Shown here: positions 38,990 to 55,323 of the stretch, piece after piece
Numbering within the stretch: position 1 is the stretch's first letter
How the letters are laid out: every line of letters begins with the position of its first letter
Assembly (NCBI RefSeq): GCF_006345805.1
Contig: NW_021833829.1
Coordinates: 1-55,323, forward strand
Reading direction: 5' to 3'
Length of the DNA stretch: 55,323 nt
DNA from: Octopus sinensis
Lineage: Eukaryota
Made by a program: the position numbers and the translations under genes
Notes under the pieces: generated by a model
Databases searched by the model: none
The model's input: only the letters and a program-made list of their open reading frames with translations
Told to the model about the DNA's origin: nothing

Positions 38990-40252
38990 CGAGGTGGTAT
39001 CAATAAGTTTCTGGACTAGTTATGTTGCAAAATCATCTCCTTCGAAAAGTCACCTTTCGAAGCAATACACCGGTCCCAGCATTCCTGATGCTTTTGGAAC
39101 CTGACTTGGAAGTCGTTATCCGTAAGCGAGTTGAGGACATTCTGCGAATCGCTCTGGATCTCAACAACGTTAACACGACGACCTTTGAGCTACATTTTCC
39201 TTTTGGCAAAGAGATGGATGTCCGCAGGTGCTAGATCTGGCGAAGAGAGCGGGTGCGGTAGTGATACCAATTTGTTTTTGGCGAGAAACTCACGAGAGCT
39301 CAGTGATAGGGTGCATTGTCATCGTGAAGGATCTTTTTTAGCGTTCCACAGATTCGGTTGATTTCGGCGAATGTCCTCCCTCAAACGTTTCCAAATCTCG
39401 CAGTAGAACTCTCAATTGACGGTCTGACCCTGAGGGATGAATTCTCGATGCACAATACCGCGTTTGTCGACAAAACCGCTGGGCATGCTCTTGATAAAGC
39501 TGCGGCTCTGTCACGCCTTCTTTGGTCATGTAGATGAATGGCTCTTCCATTGTGACGACTGCTACTCCGTCTCAGGTTTGTCCCTGTAGACCCAACTCTC
39601 GTCATCATCAGGTGATGATCCTCGACATGAACGATGGATCATCAGCAGCACGCTGCCGGAGATCTTGACAGACATCGACGTGATGGTCTTTCTGCTCAGT
39701 GGGCAGCAGGCGAGGGACAAACTTGCCGCATGCTCAATTCAGACATTAGGATTGCCTAAAAGGATACATACGACAGAACAACAACATCAGCAATGTCATT
39801 AATTGTCCTCCTCATACACCAGCTGATGAAGTTTCTGCACATTTTCGGGGGTGACGCTCGTGGAAGGTCTTCCACATCAGTCATCGTCTTCGAGGGGCAT
39901 TCTTCCGCTTTTGAAGCGCCCGTGCCACTCGAAACATTGCGTACGAGTCATTGCCTCGTCGCCGTAAGCTTTGCGAAGAATACTCAATACCTCTGTAGCA
40001 TACTTCCCAAGTCTAACTCAAAACTCACGTTGGCTCTTTGTTCAAACTTCCTGTCGATGAAAAAACGGCAGACTAAAGTACACACATCATAACAGAGGCA
40101 CACATTTCACAAGTTGCGAAGTAAACACAGCGATGTCACTTGGCGCGCTGCTTCATGAAGCTCACTGGTAACTGTCACTGCGCATGCAACTGGGTGCTGC
40201 CATCTGTTGGCGCGCAACAAAACTAGTCCCAGAACCTTTCCATACCATCTCG
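38990..40252 (-). mobile_element. Full-length mariner (1263 bp) with a decayed transposase (~40058 to ~39016)
   Basis: TA TSDs; ~31-bp imperfect TIRs (cgaggtggtatcaataagtttctggactagt / actagtcccagaacctttccataccatctcg). Motifs EQRANV, FEWHGRFKSG, KFVPRLL, DESWVY, HDNA and PDLAPAD; multiple stops. Confidence 0.92.
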
Positions 40253-40359
40253 TAGATAATCTAAGAGACTAATTTTAAAAAATTCAGACAATTGACTACA
40301 TTGAGAATATGAAACTTATTAGTTACAAAGAGCAAATTTCAGCAAAGCCAGAAAACGTA

Positions 40360-40856
40360 CCGTAAATCTTCGAGCATAATATGCAGGGCATTTTTAGAGG
40401 GCTGTACTTCTGAAAAACCTAGACCTTGTGTATAATACGCACCCCTTCTCTAACTTGAGTAAATGAGGTCTATATAACGCCCTTGGCTTGTAAAAATGTA
40501 TACGGTAACGTCCGTTATTATTATTGTATATATAACATAAGGCAAACGTGTAGCTTTTTTGTGCATTTTGTTTGCAGAAAATAAAGTATTAAAAGTAATA
40601 ATGCTTAATAAATGTTGCTTACTGCAAGTTATGGATGATTCTTTTATGACTTCATTGCTTTCAGGCTAAGCTTAAGGTAATTTCGCGCCTGACATCACAA
40701 TTTGCGTCTGAATAAATATTGCCGGACAGCAAATAGAGACTCGGACATTGCTTAGAAAATATTTTTTTCGTTTTTAACCCCGTATACAGTCCGCACTATT
40801 GAATTTGTCCTTTAAATTTTGGGAAAAAAAATCAGATTATATACGAGGATTTACGG
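40360..40856. mobile_element. Non-autonomous Tc1/mariner-superfamily (pogo/Tigger-like) element
   Basis: TA-flanked TIRs ccgtaaatcttcgagcataat / attatatacgaggatttacgg; no coding capacity. Confidence 0.7.
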
Positions 40857-41289
40857 TAAACAAAAATATTAAATGCTTTAGCTGAACTGCATTGATAGGA
40901 ACTGGAATTTCTACTTGCATTCTTTAAGATTGATGTTATTTGTCTCACGTAGCGAATATATTTTTATTGGCATACAAGATTTAAACTCGAGCCGTGTTCT
41001 TAAAACACTATGATAATAATATATGGTTAATAATTGAAAAGGCGATAATTAAGGTAGGATATTTCCATGAATGTGGTTCGATGCAGCTGATAAGAAATAT
41101 TTAGTGCTGTGACTGCATTTCGACCGATGCTACAGCCACCGTCGTAGTTGCAGCTGCTTTCGCACAAGCATAGTGTGCTAACTGATGGTTGATAAAAACC
41201 TATTATTGGAAAAACTCTCGTGAGTGCAATTAAAAAGAGTGCCACATAAACCTTAATATCACAATACTAATTAAACTTTCCAATAATAC

Positions 41290-42660
<1,371 letters not shown>

Positions 42661-43160
42661 ATGATCGTTTGCGCGGACGAGCACCTGTGAACAACCATAA
42701 TCAAGCGAAAATTTATAGGAGTGCGAAAGTACGATTTCCTGAACGATCACTTTTATGTGAAATAATCACGTATATTCAATGAAGCCAAACCGTAAAATCG
42801 ATGTTTAAAACTGTTATTGACCAGACAGAGCCACGGAGTTAGTTCTATAGAATGGCTGAACTAGGATATACGACAAATGATGAAATTGATATTACTCCTA
42901 GCTTTTTCAACGGGACGTGTCAGAATTTACAGCCAAAATAACCTCATAACGTGAAATAGGTGTGAGAAGCATAATGTAATCCAATATACAGCATGTTATG
43001 AAAAGTCTGATGAGATTGTGGCGGTTGGAATAACATTGATCATAAGTCTGTGCTTTCGATCGAAATCGAACTGGGTTTAAACCAGAAAAAAAAAAAAGAA
43101 TAATTCATGATTATTTGGTGCTGGTTAAACCAAAATGCAATAAAATATATCCCCATGAGT

Positions 43161-43546
43161 GGAAGCACTCCGACGGTTACGACGACGAGGGTTCCGGTTG
43201 ATCCGAATCAACGGAACAGCCTGCTCGTGAAATTAACGTGTAAGTGGCTGAGCACTCCACAGACACGTGTACCCTTAACGTAGTTCTCGGGGATATTCAG
43301 CGTGACACAGAGAGTGACAAGGCCGGCCCCTTGAAATACAGTCACAACAGAAACAGGAAGTAAGAGTGAGGGAAAGTTGTGGTGAAAGAGTACAGCAGGG
43401 ATCACCACCATCCCCTGCCGGAGCCTCGTGGATCTTTTTAGGTGTTTTCGCTCAATAAACACTCACAACGCCCGGTCTGGGAATCGAAACCGCGATCCTA
43501 TGACCGCGAGTCCGCTGCCCTAACCACTGGGCCATTGCGCCTCCAC
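43161..43546 (-). mobile_element. Full-length SINE family B with a 13-bp TSD
   Basis: TSD tatccccatgagt at 43148-43160 and 43547-43559; tRNA-like head gtggaggcgcaatggcccagtggttagggcagcgg...tttcgattccc. Confidence 0.92.
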
Positions 43547-43568
43547 TATCCCCATGAGTATTACTAAA

Positions 43569-43985
43569 GTGGTAAGAAGCTTGCTTCCCAAACACATGGT
43601 TTCGGATTCACTTCCACTGCTTGGCACCTTGGGCAAGTGTTTTCTACTATAGCTTCGAGCCGACCAAATGCCTGTGAGTAGAGTCGGCAGACGGAAATTG
43701 AAAGAAGCCTATCATGTGTGTGTGTGTGTATGTATGTGTGCGTGTGCGTGTGCGTGTGTGTGTCTTTATGTGAGTGTTTTTCCCCTACTACCGCTTGACA
43801 ATTGGTGTCGTTGAGTTTACATCCTTGTAACTTGACGGTTCGGCAAAAGAAATCGATAGAATATATACCAGTCTTAAAGAAAAAGAAACAAAGATTAAGT
43901 CCTGCGGTCGATTCATCTCACTAAAAATTCTTCCAGGCGGTGCCCCTACATGGCCGCAGTCTGATTACTGATGCACGTAAAAAAT
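43569..43985 (+). mobile_element. SINE family D
   Basis: gtggtaagaagcttgcttcccaaacacatgg...gcaccttgggcaagtg...(TG)n...ggtgcccctacatggccgcagtc. Confidence 0.75.
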
Positions 43986-44439
43986 AAAGGATGCAACATA
44001 TTCTCGGTTGATCGAAACTTTTCAACTCACTATGTGGGATGTGTGCAAAGCATTCGTTTTGGAATTTTGTATTCCCCAAAGTTCCCCTGAAGTATTTTCC
44101 TTCAGCCATATTGTCGAGAGAATGTAATTCTATTCAAATTAAGTATGCTGTTATTATCATACTAAAACACCTGTCTCCCATAAAGGTGTCACGCTCTCAC
44201 GTGAAAAACTTGCCAGAGATTAGGCGAAATTCCCTGAGTTGTTTTGTAAACATTAAATGTATTTTCAGAAAATATTAAAGTAGATACGAAAATATTGTGC
44301 TTATCTGATCATAGGCTGTGCATTCCTTAATAATGTAGTAATTCGAGTAAACAGTAGCCTATGTATGCTTGTAAGTATTTTAAACTTTGAAAGTAGTGCC
44401 CAAGAATATCTAATTTTACAACAAATCATGATGCTGATC

Positions 44440-44799
44440 TGTTTAAGTCGATTATATCGACCCCAGTGCGTAACTGGTACTTATTTAATCGACTCCGAAA
44501 GAATGAAAGGCAAAGTCGACCTCGGTGGATTTTTTAACTCAGAACGTAACGGCAGACGAAATACCTATTTCTTTACTACCCACAAGAGGCTAAACATAGA
44601 GGGGACAAACAAGGACAGACATAGGTATTAAGTCGATTACATCGACTCCAGTGTGTAACTGGTACTTAATTTATCGACCCCGAAAGGATGAAAGGCAAAG
44701 TCGACCTCGGCGGAATTTGAACTCAGAACATAACGACAGACGAAATACCACTAAGTATTTTGCCCGGCGTGCTAACGATCCTTCCAGTTCGCCGCCTTA
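44440..44799 (-). mobile_element. SINE family A, dimeric copy
   Basis: Two core units and the head (ends gttcgccgcctta on the + strand). Confidence 0.88.
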
Positions 44800-45466
44800 A
44801 AATTTGAAGATATTTGTTTTTCTGGTTTCCATGTTTTTCTTAGATATCGAACATGTGGCTCTTCTTAACGAAACATCTTAGCAAAATAGCCATCACATCA
44901 TGTTTGATCATCTATTTACGCAAGTTGAAATATTCAATTAAGGCACACCAAGTAGCTAAACAGTTATTTTCTTAGAAATATTTGCTAAACAATGGATTTT
45001 TGAGAATGTGCTGTAGATATACGCAATAAATTTATTATTTGATTTGTGAATGAACTGAACCAAATGTGAAATTTCTAGCTAACCTATTTGCCAATTCTTC
45101 CAATTACACAGGCTTAAGCGTCATTTAAACATGAGACCAAAAACATACATAAGCTTAATCATATTTCATGGAATTTGGAAAGATATCTTAATCGCGGCAG
45201 CTCTGAAATGTGTTGGTAAGATCTTTTCAACAGTGACAGGTTTTTATACATGCCCTGTAATTGGAATTTTGGGGTGCTATGCCTATATCCACTCATTTTT
45301 CTGAAATAATATCGTATTGCTTAAATGATGAAAACGTTTGATAATTTAAATGTAAACATACCATGTCTGAAAAGACTAACCTTGAAACTAAACCAGTCAC
45401 AAAATTTATATTAAAAATTTAGAATTTAACGACAATAGACGCGATTATACAATTATTTCCAGTAAC

Positions 45467-45934
45467 GGATATTTTCGGTTTGAACGGCATTTTTTTCTAG
45501 CGGTGTCATATGAAATTGACACCCATAATTATGACCCTAGTATCGATCTATTGCATTTCAGTCTGTTTTAATGTTATGATTAGAGTTAGGATTAGTTAGG
45601 ATTAGTTAGGGTTAAGTTTATGGTTAGGGTTAGGGGTGGGGGAAGGGTATCTTTTTTTCTTCAGAAATGTAAATAAACCGAATCTCTTTCTTAAACGAGG
45701 CACATATTCATACGGCACAGAATGCTTTTTAAATCAATACACGTCACTGATTGGTTGAAATTGCAGAAATTAAAGAAAAATTAAAGACCAAATGTGTTAC
45801 GAACTATAGAATTTTCTCAATAAAGCCAAGAGAAAAAGATGTTTTATAAACACATTCTACCAGTATACGAAGTTTAAAATGTTTTAGTTAACTAGAAATT
45901 ATGTTAAAAACTGCCGTTCAAATGGAAAAGATCC
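45467..45934. mobile_element. Merlin-like MITE, copy 2
   Basis: TIRs as in copy 1; 8-bp TSD ccagtaac (45459-45466 and 45935-45942). Confidence 0.85.
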
Positions 45935-46705
45935 CCAGTAACATAGCATCCCCACCAACGTCATCACTTCTAATGGTAAGACATACCATTATGTTATATG
46001 CTTTGGTAGCGTTTGAATTGGTAACGGAGAAAGAGCAGATTTAATATTACTATATAACGTGTGCTTGTGGTAATCATTTAACCTAGAAAAGGCGTTTTTA
46101 ATAACAAGTTAAGGACAATTGCTTCACTATAATCTCAAACAGACTTTGCAGACTGTAAACAACGCTGGAATAGTCAAATGTGAGTCTAGCATGTGGGAAA
46201 CATCAAATTCACAATATTCCGCCGTTATCCTACTTGCATTTTGTTTTGTTTTGTTGTTGTTGTTTTCTTTCTTTCATTCTTTCCATTTTACTACATTGAA
46301 AGACACGTGTCCGTATATGCCTCCATATAAATACACACACGCACATACACATACACACATACATATGTATATTTAAACACACACACACACATAATAACTC
46401 TCTTCTCATTTTAAATGTTATTATTTTTACTTACATATTTTTTGTCTTGATTCTCTTTTTACTTTTTGTCATCGACTTTCTTCTTTGTTTTCTTCCTCAC
46501 ATCTCATCTGTCTGTTTTCTTTATATTTATACAAATAGATTTTTTTCTATCTAAATTCCTTCAAACCACTCATTTTCCCCCCTTAAACTTCTTTTATTTT
46601 TATACCTCTTCATCCTTTATTTCTAACACTGTTTTCACATTCATCTTTGTTTCACATATATTCTCAATTTTTCTTTATTATGTATGCGTTCTTTATTCTT
46701 TCTGT

Positions 46706-46767
<62 letters not shown>

Positions 46768-47619
46768 ATCTCTTCTTTGGTTACCTGCTTGCAAACAAAT
46801 GTGGTAACATGTAACAATATTGACCGAGGTTACCGTGGTCTTTTCCGTAGTCTTTTCTTCCCACAGATAAACCTTATCTGCTTCCCCTTTACACCTTACA
46901 TCTGTGATACACGATCCCTATTGATCGTTTTTTTTATTATTATTGTTTTTTCCTCTTCCTTCTTTGTTTCTTTTCCTTTTTTGTTTCTTTCCCTTTTTTT
47001 TTCTTCTTTCTGCTTTCCCTTTTACGATCCTTTTTGATCGAAAACCTACCCCACCTTATATTTTTTTTTCTTCTCCCCCCAAAACAAAAGCTCTGCTTTA
47101 TAATCTATCCCGTCCGTGTGCAGCCTTGTGTGGCTAATAAAGAAACATATCTAGCTCTTCTTTAGCTATTGCTTATGTCATTTTACTTTGCAGATCAGAA
47201 TTTTTATTGCTGATATAAAAATTATAAATTTTGTTGTTTCTGCTGTTGTTGTCGATCTTGTTCTTGTTATTTATCTTGCTGCTGTTCCATATATATATCT
47301 GCCGCTATCCTTCCAATGATAGCAGGCTATAAAGAGAAGTCGATGATATCCCGGTCATTGTTTTACCAAACAGAATAATAGAAAATGGATTTACATAGAC
47401 ATGTGATGTAGTTTTCACGTATATACACACGTTTTGCTTATAGGACAGCTGTGACTTGCCCTTCATCAGCATCCTCATAACATCATACACGAATAAGCAA
47501 GCATGGAGATGTAGTCAAGAAATTCTAGTTCAATACCAAATCGTAGCTACATGATCTGGTATAATTTAAATTTTGAACCGGTTAATGCCATGTCAGTGGA
47601 TTTGGCTGACATAAACTGT

Positions 47620-48045
47620 ATAAGGCGGCGAACTGGCAGAAACGTTAGCACGCCGGGCGAAATGCGTATCCGTATTTCGTCTGCCGCTACGTTCTGAGTT
47701 CAAATTCCACCGAGGTTCACTTTGCCTTTCATCCTTTCGGTGTCGATTAAATAAGTACCAGTTACGCACTGGAGTCGATATAATCGACTTAATCCGTTTG
47801 TCTGTCCTTGTTTGTCCCCTCTGTGTTTAGCCCCTTGTGGGTAGTAAAGAAATAGGTATTTCGTTTGCCGTTACGTTCTAAGTTCAAATTCCACCGAGGT
47901 CGACTTTGCCTTTCATCCTTTAGGGGTCGATAAATTAAGTACGAGTTACGCACTGGGGTCGATGTAATCGACTTAATCCGTTTGTCTGTCCTTGTTTGAC
48001 TCCCTCTATGTTTAGCCCCTTGTGGGTAATAAAGAAATAAGAAAC
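47620..48045 (+). mobile_element. SINE family A, dimeric, low divergence
   Basis: Head plus two nearly identical ~175-bp units joined at gtgggtagtaaagaaataggtatttcg. Confidence 0.9.
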
Positions 48046-48288
48046 TGTATTGGAAGTTCTTAGAAGGAGAAAGCGAGATAGCTAGAGAAAGAGATACATA
48101 TAGAAATCACAAGATTTTGAAATGATGTTTTCAAATTTTGGTGCAAGGCCAGGAATTTCGGGAGAGGAGTGAGTCGATTACATTGACCCAATGTTCGAAC
48201 CGTTACTATTTTATGAACCCGGAATGATAAAAAGTAAAGTCGGTGCAATTTGAACTCAGAACGTAAAGACGAACGAAAAGCCGCTAAG

Positions 48289-49008
48289 TGCAGTCTCTTT
48301 TACAATCTCTTGAACAAGCCTCAAATTGTGTAGGTCTTTACCTCAATGAGACCAAAACTGAATACATAAACAAGTGCCTGTCCAACAGTGATTGCATCAT
48401 CCACACTCTCAACAATGCACCCTTAAATATGGTTTCTGATTATAAATATCTTGGGTCATACATATCATCATCTGGAAAAGACTTTCTAACTAGAAAGGGT
48501 ATGGCCTGGTCAGCCTGTAATGACATGCATAAGATCTGGTCATCAAATCTAAGTAGAGACTTCAAACTTGAAATTTTCAAAGCCACAGTCGAACCAATTC
48601 TACTATATGGCTCAGAATCCTGGACGTTATCAAAGAAGCTTGAGAGGCGGTTGGATGGAACCTACACTCGCCTGCTTATGAGAGCTCAAAATCTCTCGTG
48701 GAGGCGCCATCCAACCAAAATGCAAATATATGGGAAATTACCACCTGTGTCATCTCTTGTGAAAGGTAGGAGAGTCCAGTTTGCTGGACATTGTTGTAGA
48801 GCTGAAAAAGAAGTAATTTCTACTCTTCTCCTCTGGAAGCCATCTACTCGCAATACCAGAGGGCGCACACTCTCCTACCCTGATGTAATCTCCAGGGATA
48901 CAGGCATCCAGCAACAGGACCTCCGTAATGCTATGATGGACCGTGAAGTCTGGCGTAACATAGTAAATTCCATTGTCTCGACCACGGTCGAACAATGATG
49001 ATGATGAT
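48289..49008 (+). mobile_element. 5'-truncated RTE-clade LINE with an uninterrupted ORF (48288-48998) and a (TGA)n tail
   Basis: GLYLNETKTEY...YKYLGS...FKATVEPILLYGSESWTL...RRVQFAGHC...DREVWR is a typical RTE RT C-terminal region; short tandem-repeat tail; interrupts a family A SINE. Confidence 0.92.
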
Positions 49009-49128
49009 TGTGCACGCTGTGCTAGCGAATCTACCAGCTCATCGCCTTAAGATATGGAAATGATAAGATGCAAAAGATTAGCAATATCTTTTGAATTGCA
49101 ATTAATTAATTATTACAAAATACATAGT

Positions 49129-49426
49129 TGTGGAGGCGCAATGGCCCAGTGGTTAGGATCGCGGTTTCGATTCCCAGACCGGGCGTTGTGTGTGTTTATC
49201 GAGCGAAAACACCTAAAGCTCCACGAGGCTCCGGCAGGGGGTGGTGAAGAACCTTGCTGTACGCTTTCGCCACAACTTTCTCTCACTGTTTCTTCCTGTA
49301 TCTTGAGTAACTCTGCGATGGATTGGCGTCCCGCTCAGCTGGGAGGAACACATACGCCACAGAAACCGGGAAACCGGGCCCATAAGCCTGGCTAGGCTTG
49401 AAAAGGGCGCATAAATAATAAAAAAA
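49129..49426 (+). mobile_element. SINE family B with an L2/CR1-type 3' tail
   Basis: Family B head (with an internal deletion at tagg), then ctgcgatggattggcgtccc...gccacagaaaccggg and an A-rich end. Confidence 0.8.
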
Positions 49427-49698
49427 GACATAGTTACCTATACAAAAAAAAGTGTTACTATATACCAGTTTCACTTTCGAAAGGAAATATCCATTGAAAT
49501 GTTCATACGTAATGGCTGGTTGTTAGATTCATAAGGAATGTTCTAAAGTATATTTACTAGAAATATCCTCGTTGTACTCAAATTAAGGAACATGGTTGGT
49601 AACGTTATGCAATTTAATTGTTCAAAAAGAGGAGCCAAAATATATTTTCATAAATACTGATATTTAAAAAAAAATTAAGTTCCATAATATGTTATCGA

Positions 49699-50131
49699 GG
49701 ATCTTTTCGGTTTGAACGGCAGTTTTTTCTAGCGGTGTCATATGAAATTGTCACCCATAATTATGACCCTAGTATCGATCTATTGCATTTCAATCTGTTT
49801 TAGGGTTAGGGTTAGTTAGGGTTAGTTAGGGGTTGTTTGACGGGTATCTTTTTTTCTTCACAGAGGTTAATAAACCCAATCGGTTTCTTAAACGAGGGAC
49901 ATATTCATACGGCACAGAATGCTTTTTAACTCAATAGACGTCACTGATTGGTTGAAATTGCAGAAATTGAAGAAAAAAATCACAACAAATATCTTACAAA
50001 CTATAGAATTTTCTCAATAAAGCCAAGAGAAAAATATGTTTTATAAACACTTTCTACCAGTATACGAAGTTTAAAAGTGTTTAGTTACCTAGAAATTATG
50101 TTAAAAACTGCCGTTCAAACCGAAATGATTC
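49699..50131. mobile_element. Merlin-like MITE, copy 3
   Basis: TIRs as in copies 1-2; 8-bp TSD gttatcga (49691-49698 and 50132-50139). Confidence 0.85.
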
Positions 50132-50860
50132 GTTATCGATTTCAACTTGATTTAAATTTCTCGATGAAAAACCTTTTTCTCTGTTATTCTTTAGTTGACC
50201 TGCTGGATTTTCTGCGCACTCATGTAATAAGAATCATGAAACTTTCGACAGTCTATCTCTTGCATATAAGTTTAAATATTTGACGAGTAAAAAAGTTATT
50301 TCTGTATGCATCGCATACTCAGTTTTCTTGGTGGTATTTTGTTTTCCTCATAAAAATCTCCACACAGATGCGGTAGGTTTAGTCATAAACTAGTATTTTT
50401 GATACGCAGAAAAAATTCTTTTTCTTTCCTAGATTACCAGACTAAGTTCCATTTTTAAACGTAGCACTTGATTTTCGCAAATAAAAATACAAACTGCACA
50501 ATTTGATTATCCACACATTTTCCACTACAGATTTTCAAGCAAGATCGGAAAATAACTGGACGTTTGTTGGTGTTTACTTCTTGTCTTGTGCAGGGCTTGC
50601 TTTCATTAAAATTTTGGCTTCAAAATATTTCTTCATTTAGCAATTTCTGGTTTAAAGTGGTAGACTGCTCTGATCAATTTTATTAAGAACTTCAGTATTC
50701 GGAGGGTTATGTTGTGATATATAAGGAAGAACCGTTATTTATGTTTCGCAATTTGAAGACCTGCAACAATTAGCGATGTCAGTTCGTGCTACTCCTTGTT
50801 ATCCTTTGTATATTAACGATGGTAGATGTCACACACACACACGCACAACACACACATACA

Positions 50861-50899
<39 letters not shown>

Positions 50900-50903
50900 T
50901 ATA

Positions 50904-50946
<43 letters not shown>

Positions 50947-51076
50947 CCAATACAATGAAAGGCTTCCAAATAGGAAAGCCTTGTGCTTGAAAGAACAGTA
51001 GAAAACTCAAAACCACCAAATAAGGATAAATTCTCGAAAGGTATGAAAATTAAAAACGTTTACCATCTCAATTATT

Positions 51077-51147
51077 TCCCAGACCATGGTTTCTAACTAT
51101 TTCCAGCAAAAAAATATATTCGCTGGAGGCCAGTTTCATCAGTGGGA
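51077..51147 (-). ncRNA. Minimal type I hammerhead ribozyme, third family
   Basis: UCCCA-CUGAUGA-AACUG..UCCAGC(loop)GCUGGA..UAGUU-A-GAAA-C(CAUG)G-UC|UGGGA. Full core, 5-bp helix I, palindromic CCAUGG; one extra unpaired A before G12. Confidence 0.7.
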
Positions 51148-51617
51148 GAGCCTTTAGATTTCAAATAAACATATAGCCAGATCCACATGTAAAGCTAACT
51201 GCTTGTATATCCTAACTTTTCAGACCACTGCGCAGACGCAGATTATACCCGGCGACAGAGAGGATGCTGGTAAAAATTTCGAACAAATTTATCAAAACTT
51301 TATATATATATATATGTACCTATATCTATACACATAAAAATACGAGTAAATCAATAGAACAAATAATGATTGTTAGATAAATAAGCAGGCAGGTAGATAT
51401 GTCGGTATGCACGTAAATATTATATTCTCAACAGAATTTTACCTACAGCAACAAATATAATTTCGTTAACTCTGTTTTTTTCTTCCTATCTTTACAAATT
51501 TTACCTCTCCTATGTAACTTGCTAAATTTTTTATCGAGAATTAAGTAATTAACATTTCCTTTCACTTTGCTTTCCGTGTAATATTTGTCAAAAGCTTCGA
51601 AGCAATGTCTGCTTCTG

Positions 51618-51669
<52 letters not shown>

Positions 51670-52029
51670 TGGGTGTAACTAATGTTGAAGCATCTCAATA
51701 ATGAGCGTAGAGTCATATTGTTTCGAAACTATTCGTTGAGTGGGTCTTCAAATCTTGTCTGATGGCTTCTGCAACCAGGTTGAATAAGTTGTAAGGCGAA
51801 ACTTGAAGTACTACTTGAGAGGAGATCTTTAAAATCTAAACATCTATCTGTCCATGCTTCCATGTATATATATATATATATATATAGCAATTAAGGACAA
51901 CTACTTAATAAGGAAAACTTAACAAGAAATTGCCAGGTAGATAGCGTAAAAACCTCATAAGAGAAAAAAATTTCGAAAATAATTATTTCTTATTGAACAT
52001 ATTAATTGAACATATAATTTATATATAAT

Positions 52030-54330
<2,301 letters not shown>

Positions 54331-55323
54331 AAGTAAAAAGTAAGTTTTATATATTTGAAAGTGACAGCACTAGATGTAATTTAACAATAAAATAATAATG
54401 AGAATTTTTTTCTTCTTAAAATAACATTATTCCATTGAAGAGGGAGAAACAAAAACTGAACAAAATCCAAAAGAAGCGAATAAAGAAATTTAAGATTTAT
54501 TTTAATTTCGTTTCGCTAACGGGTAATATTTTTACATGATTTCATATGTATATAGCAGATAAATGAAATGTCTTTGATAAAACGGACTGACTGTCTATTA
54601 CTTGAGGCTAAAAATCACTTTCAATCATCTTCGCCGATCGAATCTGATAAGATTTTTATGATTTTCGTATATTACTTCTTCGAAGAACTGTTGATAGTTG
54701 TTCTTTTTTCGGCCTAACTATATATAACGTATATTGTATGTACCTGGGTATATGCCTCTATACACAGATATGCATAATATGTATGTGGGTATGTACTTTG
54801 TTTATACCAGAAGAATACGCTGCCACGATGCATATCGAGCTGTGGTTAATCGTGATGATGTGATTGCCAAAAGTTCAAATTCCTCCTGCAGATATTTTGT
54901 AATCTTATTTGACTTTGTATAAAAGTTTGTATTTTAAGAACACAAATTCTTGGGATTACATCGGTCATTGCCTTCAAGAAATTATGCATGAATTCTTTAA
55001 AATCTACAAATCACCAGCTTTTTTGTTCCTAAACCAGCCTACCTACCTGTGTAATTGCGATACTAGATTTTTTGTTCTTTCTATATTTGTATATGCTTTG
55101 ATACTTTTTTCACTTTATCTCTTGTTATTTATTTTTATTTGCTTCAGTTAAAGATGGAACATTCCTTAATTGGGGAGAGCCTTCTCGTGTGAAGGAATGA
55201 TTTCTATATATAATTAATATCATCACAGTAATTTTGTGCAGTTCAGGCCTTCCATACATTGTAAATATAAACAGTGAATTTAATTTTGTGTGTATATTTA
55301 GAGTTGAACCGTTCATGTAGCAT

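Overview
AT-rich, microsatellite-dense eukaryotic DNA, most likely from an octopus. The organism call is an inference from the tRNA-derived SINE families and the repeat landscape. No host protein-coding gene could be recognised, and nearly all ORFs in the track are translations of (TA)n, (CA)n or (GATA)n. The window is a patchwork of mobile elements: four SINE families, three mariner/Tc1 relics plus a probable mini-mariner, a pogo-like MITE, a palindromic MITE, three copies of a Merlin-like MITE with 8-bp TSDs and internal TTAGGG-like repeats, a young 5'-truncated RTE LINE, a Tx1/L1 relic, and two Penelope-like elements with GIY-YIG domains. The most striking signal is a set of minimal type I hammerhead ribozymes with palindromic helix III. 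An intact tandem pair at 20113-20184 and 20517-20589 sits in a ~405-bp repeat embedded in (TA)n and would release a 405-nt retrozyme-like monomer. Further hammerheads occur in the inverted termini of a Penelope element (one intact, one with a G5C mutation) and in a separate ~354-bp (TA)n-embedded element, and several degenerate candidates are also present. All RNA structures were folded by eye; none was computed or tested.
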